The translations under genes and the position numbers were made by a program. A DNA stretch of 64,000 nucleotides, taken from positions 15,564,001 through 15,628,000 of the forward strand of contig CM119372.1 of assembly GCA_051294905.1 (NCBI GenBank), in the 5' to 3' direction. The notes under the pieces are model-generated. The model was not told the DNA's origin, did no database searches, and worked only from the letters and a program-made list of their open reading frames with translations. Numbering within the stretch: position 1 is the first letter of the stretch; the number at the start of each line of letters is the position of its first letter. Origin of the DNA: Botryllus schlosseri. Lineage: Eukaryota. Positions 58,201 through 64,000 of this stretch are shown piece after piece.

Positions 58201-60511
58201 AAATATCGTTAGTTCTAGTTCTAGTTCTAGTTGCGCCTTTTGAAAATTCAGTAGTTTGTACAAGTCTGGCCCGCATGTTCATGTGTCCCCATAATGACAT
58301 GTCAGCATGCTCATAAGTACCTGTGCTAAGGTGTCGTTTTTCACTGTGCCGCATCCTCATGCTCATAAATGTCTGGCAAATGAGTATCGAAATTAGGCAT
58401 TGTACTTTACTAATACCTACGAAATTGGCTCCATAACTCTTTGTATCTGCAGGATAAAGTCAAAGACATGCGATCAGAAATGGTCGACGTGAATGCCGAG
58501 TATTTGTTTCTCACGAGCCTAGAAGAGATTGCATGTGAATAAATGTAGTGGAGACGATTGATACCGTTGTAATATGCTATCGATTTTAGGGCTTTTCAAT
58601 CTCAGAGGGAATGATATATCCAACATTCCTGTATTTACCTCGTACGCCTTATTAGGAATGACCAGTGTCAAGCTGTATGCCGATATGGACCTACTTGATA
58701 CCGCTGAACTAGACGCTTATCTCTCTTCTGCAAGTGAGTTGGTATTGAGTATATTTTTATACGATGCTGTCATTGCCGTGACGGATGGGCCAGGACAGGT
58801 ACCAGTTACGATTTCATATGCATAACTATGTCAAGGTATCTCGTGAAATAGGTTGATAAATACAAAATCCCTCAAAACCTTAGACGGCTTCATCATAATG
58901 CGATTCGGTATTGGCCAATGAATGCAATTTCTAAGCCTTACACGTTCACTAACGACTGACAGTTCGAAAAGCGTCTGGTTTAGTTTCATGTGGATATGTT
59001 ACGCTTTTGTATGTTGAAATCGTTCCCCGTGCCGTACGGAAATACAGGGTCATTATCACAACGACACCCCTCAAATCCTTTGTAAATATCGCCTTGCCTT
59101 GCACATTGGATTGCAGACTGTCAAGTAACGGATACCTGCGTGGTCACTGCTGGCACAGACGTGGCTCGGAACGATCTTCTACAAGTAAAAGGAAGGGTAT
59201 GGATGAGCTCGGAGAGTACAACGTACGGGATGTACAGCGCGGTGGACAAGGTATGAGCTCGTTCCGTAATGTTCTGTCGCGTTTGATTTAGGACTCGTCC
59301 AACTATTTTGTTCTTCTACCGTAGGATCAACAGGTACAAAATATATCCCCCGTGAAAATGCCAAAATCAGTCAAAAATGCGGTGGAGATAGAGGGAATGA
59401 AAAAAGCACACGTAAGTCCCCCTTTTCATTAACTACATCAGACGAGGACGCGGTAGGAAATAGTGGGAGGCGGTTGCGTACAAAATAATGTCAGTCGCAT
59501 GAAAAATGAGGTCAGTCGCTACGTTAGGGGGCTAGTGTCACTACACATCGTCAATTTAATTAACCATCACAAAGAAGAGACTGCCACGATCACCACTAAC
59601 GAATTCTGATGCATGAATGCTTTTGAACGGTTTTCCAGTCTCTTCAAGATGATGAATAATTTCGGAGAATAATTCCATCATGTATTTACGATATGTGTTC
59701 AACAGATCTACGACGCGGTAGCTCTCTGCGAGTATCTAATGTGGCTGGAGCAAACGGTGCAGGGAGGGACAGTAGACGAATTGAGTGGAGCTGAAAAATT
59801 AAAATCGCTTAGACTCGCACAAGAAAAAAGCAAAGGAATCAGCTTCTCATCTATATCTGCTGTAGGAGCCAATGCGGCTGTAATTCATTACAGGTAGCCT
59901 GACGTTACCGCATCCAGACTTTCACGGGAACGTGCCTCTGAATTTGTCCTGAGCATCGACATTTATTCCGCGTTGTACCTTTCATATCAAATTCTTCATC
60001 CAAATTTTACCTTCAGGGCCACGAATGAAACCAATACCAAACTGACAACAGACGACCTTTATCTCATCGACTCTGGAGGACAGTATTACGAAGGCACTAC
60101 GGACGTTACTAGGACACTACATTTCGGAACGCCTACCGCATTTGAAAAGGTGCTTTCCGCCTTTCGTAATATTAATTTCATAATCGAAACCTCACTTTCA
60201 ATGTGTATAGGAAGCGTTTACGAGAGTGCTGATGGCGCAGACAGATATAGAATTGGCAATATTTCCCGAAACTCTGGATGGCAATGACATTGACATCTTG
60301 GGCAGAAGGCATCTCTACGATGTAGGACTAGATTTTCGGCACGGTACCGGTCATGGCATCGGGCATTATTTGAGCATTCACGAATGTATGTTGGCCTAAA
60401 CATGCGGTTTCAATTTTGTATATCTTGTGATTTCATTGCCAGATCCTCCGGCGATAGGAAGAGCGCAAGCTGAAGGATACCCATTTCAACCTGGAATGTT
60501 TACGAGCAACG
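52285..60511 (+). CDS. XPNPEP2: Xaa-Pro aminopeptidase 2-like (membrane aminopeptidase P, peptidase M24B); start exon unresolved, 3' end beyond window
   Basis: Exons 52285-52361, 52434-52550, 55012-55180, 56457-56549, 56617-56774, 58453-58534, 58590-58733, 59117-59250, 59325-59411, 59706-59893, 60017-60149, 60211-60385 and 60443-60511, all GT-AG with consistent phases. Signal-peptide remnant followed by DVRNC...YLPPT (XPNPEP2-type N-terminus), [14 protein letters not shown], and metal-site motifs [24 protein letters not shown]. The next expected exon (EPGYY) is not seen before 64000. Confidence 0.9.
53012..54892. mobile_element. Chapaev3-like (CMC superfamily) non-autonomous element
   Basis: TIR CACTGGTCAACA...TGTTGACCAGTG with TAA on both sides (a TWA TSD is characteristic of Chapaev3). 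Contains 53675-54732. Confidence 0.7.
53675..54732 (+). mobile_element. hAT-type MITE, TAGGGATGGTGTGAAC family (degenerate copy 6)
   Basis: Degenerate TIRs and family body. Middle replaced at ~53907-54190 by a fragment of the AGGGTTGCATTTAAAAC repeat also seen at ~13430, ~15362 and ~44197. Confidence 0.8.
55552..55707. repeat. Short AT-rich hairpin (foldback) repeat
   Basis: ACGTCCACTTGCAAAGTAATAATTATATTTA and its exact reverse complement flank an ~18-nt A-rich loop, with imperfect pairing extending outward. Confidence 0.75.
57061..58268 (+). mobile_element. Internally deleted hAT transposon (CAGACTTGTACAAACTA TIR) retaining a transposase C-terminal relic
   Basis: Perfect 17-bp TIRs, perfect TSD gcccgcat, (TAGTTC/TAGTTG)n subterminal arrays. 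Confidence 0.92.
57765..58040 (+). pseudogene. hAT transposase C-terminal dimerisation domain relic
   Basis: Across frameshifts and stops it reads [10 protein letters not shown].../[62 protein letters not shown], matching the hATC consensus (W...P.LA.LA..L...ATSA..ER.FS.AG....KR.L...F..L.FI+.N). Confidence 0.8.
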
Positions 60512-63235
60512 GTGAGTGCATGCTCGCAGCTTCACTTCTATGTCGGATCACCAGGGTGCATTCTTTCAGGCGATGGGATTAATAAGCATTTGATATTCAT
60601 TGTGTACATATAGAATATAGATATTAAGACGTCTCCATTGTTAGTATTATGTGCCTGCCCTTTAGATTGAATAGGCCTACAGATATTGTTTTATTTCAAT
60701 CACACGTTACATGAATACGTTTTTTAACGGCAGAGAAACAGTGGCGCACCATAGCATGTAGTTGTGCCATGACTATGTGACTTCGGCAGATTTTCAGAGT
60801 TGATAATTTTACATTTGAAGACACGTGATATATATTGGCATGTTGGCTTAGCGCGGCATGCCAATGATACAACGGGGTGATATAATACTGTAACATACCT
60901 GTGTAGATCACAATATGCCGTACGTATAAACGGAGTCTAGCAGCCCCCAAGGATTGTTATGGATTGTTTAACCGTTTGGCGCCGGCGTTGGTATTTTTAC
61001 CCATTGCCGTTAGAGGGAAGAGTACTGTATCAGAACCACTATATATCCCGTTCTAATCGTGCTAGGTCGTTGCTGTTTATTTCTACGGATAGATATTGTT
61101 TGTGCAAGTTCATTGATACCATAATATTTGATATATATTATATCTAAGACGTCGAAATCGGATATCAAATACCGTAGATAAATATGTTGCAAAATACACT
61201 CTTTCAGCAACGCGCGCGTCATTGACCACTCTCACATAACGTACTGTATGTTTTGTTCTAGCCGTCTTAGAGCATAGTTGTTTCTTTCTGTGAAAAGCTA
61301 GTGTCCATACAAGTTCACACATATCTTCGTATCTGATATTAGTTACATATAAGGTGTTCAAAATCTATGTGATAGGCGCGTCAGCGCGTGACAAAGATAT
61401 CCGCCGACCGCATCATTTCGCGGAAACGTGCGTTCCCGATACCCGTCATATACCCTGTCGTATATTTGGTTTTATTCGTCATAGCCAGTTGTTGTAGTTT
61501 GTTTCTATGAATAGTGCTTGTCAGCTTCTGATTTTCTTGCTAAAACAACGATACTAGTTATGTCTGCATCGCTCAAGGTTGCATTTGAAAACCGGGAAGA
61601 GAATTCTCGCAGCCTACCGTACCAGCTTCAAGCAGATGGATGAATACTGGTCACATAACGGGATATGTATCGAGTTCTAATAGTGATATACCTTCATAGA
61701 TTGTGTCTGTGAATAGTTGTTGCCTATACGATTCTAAATAATGTCTTATAGTCAAGTATAATTCGGGCTAAATACAATATTACTCAGCGCATATACCTAC
61801 GCAAAAGTGTTCATCAGTATATACAAAGAGCTGTCGTGTAACGATATATATCTTTCGTTGTAGTAATGAAAGGCATTTACGGATTGTCTCTTTCAATAGA
61901 ACTAGCCAATCTCCACCTTCAAGGCTAAAATAAACAACATTAGTTATGCCTATGTCACCCCAAGACCGCTTCTAAAAATCGTGAAGAGAATTCCTGCAGA
62001 CTACCACACTAGTGTCAAACGCAGGCACGAATATCCGTAACATAATGTGTTATATCCTGAATTATATCGGTAGTAGACATTCTTAGATTGTTTCTGTGGA
62101 GAGTACATGCCCATAACATTATATCTACATCAGACTAACAGCTAATAGTGATGTATATATCGCAACAAGACCAATTCTACACGCTGTGTATTCCCCGCAA
62201 ACGTGTGTATCATGTTTGTATGACGTGCTACCAACTAACGTCATAAACCTTACGTAGTAGTAAGATATGCGTTTGTGGTTTGTCCTTATGGTTAGGTCTT
62301 GACAATCTCCGTTTATCAATACTAAAGTGACCCATTTACGTGCTCTATAAGGTTTGTAAATGCCCTGGAAGGCTACGCTACCTAATAAATACACGCACGT
62401 CACTCGCTCACTCGCCGATGACTCATTCACTCTGCGGTCTGGCGCGTGTTTATTGTGCAAACCCTCAGAACTGTATCTATTGGATAATGGCGATATTAGG
62501 GCGTATTAGATCGACTGAGCCATCTCCATGATCATGATTTCCTCGCCGATATGATTCACAAGAAGCCTATGTCACCAGATATCCATGTTAAGGTTTATAA
62601 ACAGTACAGTAAATGTAATACGTTTCTCATCAACGAATAGACACTTACGTGACCTTTGACACGAACCAATCAGGTTGCAGTAGGATGTAAACAAAGAACA
62701 AGCCCGGGCAAGCTTACTATTAGCTCTTATGGAAAAGGGTTGAAAAATATAGGTTTTTAGCAAAATTACATTGAATTGGGAATAGCTGGCTTTGTTGAAT
62801 GGTAATAACATAGAGCTAGTATGTATATGCAGTGTTATAACCTACAATAAGCATGAATGATGGCAAGCACGCATCAGCATGGTATGTCCAAATGAATGAA
62901 TTTCTGACAACTTTTCGGATGAAGCAACTATTGCTGTATTATCCTTAGTCGTATACTATAGGATTGTCGTACCGAATAGAATGTATTAGAGGAATAGTGA
63001 GTCAGGATATGTGTGGTATCCATTATGTGGCGTTATATGCGTTCTATTTATGGAATCGACATTTGTAAATAGTAGTCTACAGTCGTATCATTATCTAGCA
63101 AATTACTGTTACACTGGACACTTGTCTGCATATTCAATGATCATATTAATATGATATATGTTAGGCAACATGATCCGTTCCCAGCTGAAATCGTCATATT
63201 TTGTTCTAGCTCGTGTATTGAATCTATCAGGATAA

Positions 63236-63445
63236 ATGCCGGATAAACACTGCGCTAATAGCCTGTGTAACATGGAGATGGCTACCCAGACCGTTCCTGG
63301 TGTGCGCTTTTACCTTTCCCAGAGCCAATGACATGCATGGAAGAATGTAAAATCTGGATAAAGGCATGTGGACTTCCTTGTAGTCATCTGAATTCTCATT
63401 TTATTAAGAAAATGACGTATCTATTACTGTACCAAAAATATTGAA
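63236..63445 (+). pseudogene. Degenerate THAP zinc-finger domain (DNA-transposon relic)
   Basis: With frameshifts: MPDKHCANSLCN...VPGVRF/PFPEPMTCMEECKIWIKACGLPCSHLNSHFIKKMTY, showing the THAP CxxxxC...FP...W pattern. The terminal CxxHF motif is disrupted. Confidence 0.6.
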
Positions 63446-63470
63446 TCGTGACATAATCTAGAATCTAGAT

Positions 63471-63800
63471 CAGTGGTTCCCAACGTGGGCGATTTGGCGG
63501 TCTAGGGGGGCGAAAATGACGAAGGGGCGACAGGAGGGCGAAAATGGACAAAGGGGGCGACGGGGGGCGATGACGCGTCAAAACGGCTGACATTTTTTTT
63601 TTTTAGTCAACCCATGGAAATTTAGTTACAAACGTGTGTCAAATTAGACATCGAGCCGAAAATTTGACCCTTTTTTTTAGTCAACCCGCCGGTGATTACA
63701 GGTTTGTATGCCCAATTTTCGGTACACAAAATTTGGGGGGCGATGATCGGTATTGACCTTGAAAAGGGGGCGATAGGTCGAAAAAGGTTGGGAACCACTG
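63471..63800 (+). mobile_element. hAT MITE with CAGTGGTTCCCAAC TIRs and GGGGGCGA repeats (copy 2)
   Basis: TIRs and perfect TSD atctagat. Homologous to 27444-27823. Confidence 0.9.
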
Positions 63801-64000
63801 ATCTAGATGAAACAATTCTGTGTTTCAAAATGAGTCCAATCTGAAATGCAGTCACACTTGATGCCACAATCGACTTGGTGTGTGTCTCGTTTTATTCCAC
63901 TCCAGTTTTGTTGCTTGATGGTGTGTAATGTATTGAAATTGTTGAAAACAATATATTCAATAATGAGACGAATAGTTGAAATTGGTAGCGGTGATACGTT

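Overview
Eukaryotic, AT-rich, repeat-dense genomic DNA from an invertebrate animal; the chordate-like ENPP7/XPNPEP2 proteins and many 55-85 nt introns suggest a tunicate or other invertebrate chordate (inference). I reconstructed three spliced genes by hand, with GT-AG junctions and consistent intron phases. (1) A complete 4-exon, 302-aa GNAT N-acetyltransferase (minus, 2001-3566) of the puromycin-acetyltransferase-like type familiar from bacteria and fungi, a candidate horizontally acquired gene. (2) A complete 9-exon ENPP7-like (alkaline sphingomyelinase) ectoenzyme (minus, 11421-40924). (3) A divergently oriented XPNPEP2-like membrane aminopeptidase P (plus, ~52285 to beyond 60511, 3' end outside the window). 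Much of the remaining sequence is non-autonomous DNA transposons, mostly hAT MITEs with 8-bp TSDs nested up to four deep. There are also a TTAA foldback element, a Chapaev3-like element, tRNA-derived SINEs, a hAT transposase C-terminal relic and a THAP-domain relic. Most ORF-track entries are spurious or exon fragments. No prokaryotic-type system (CRISPR, operon) is present.
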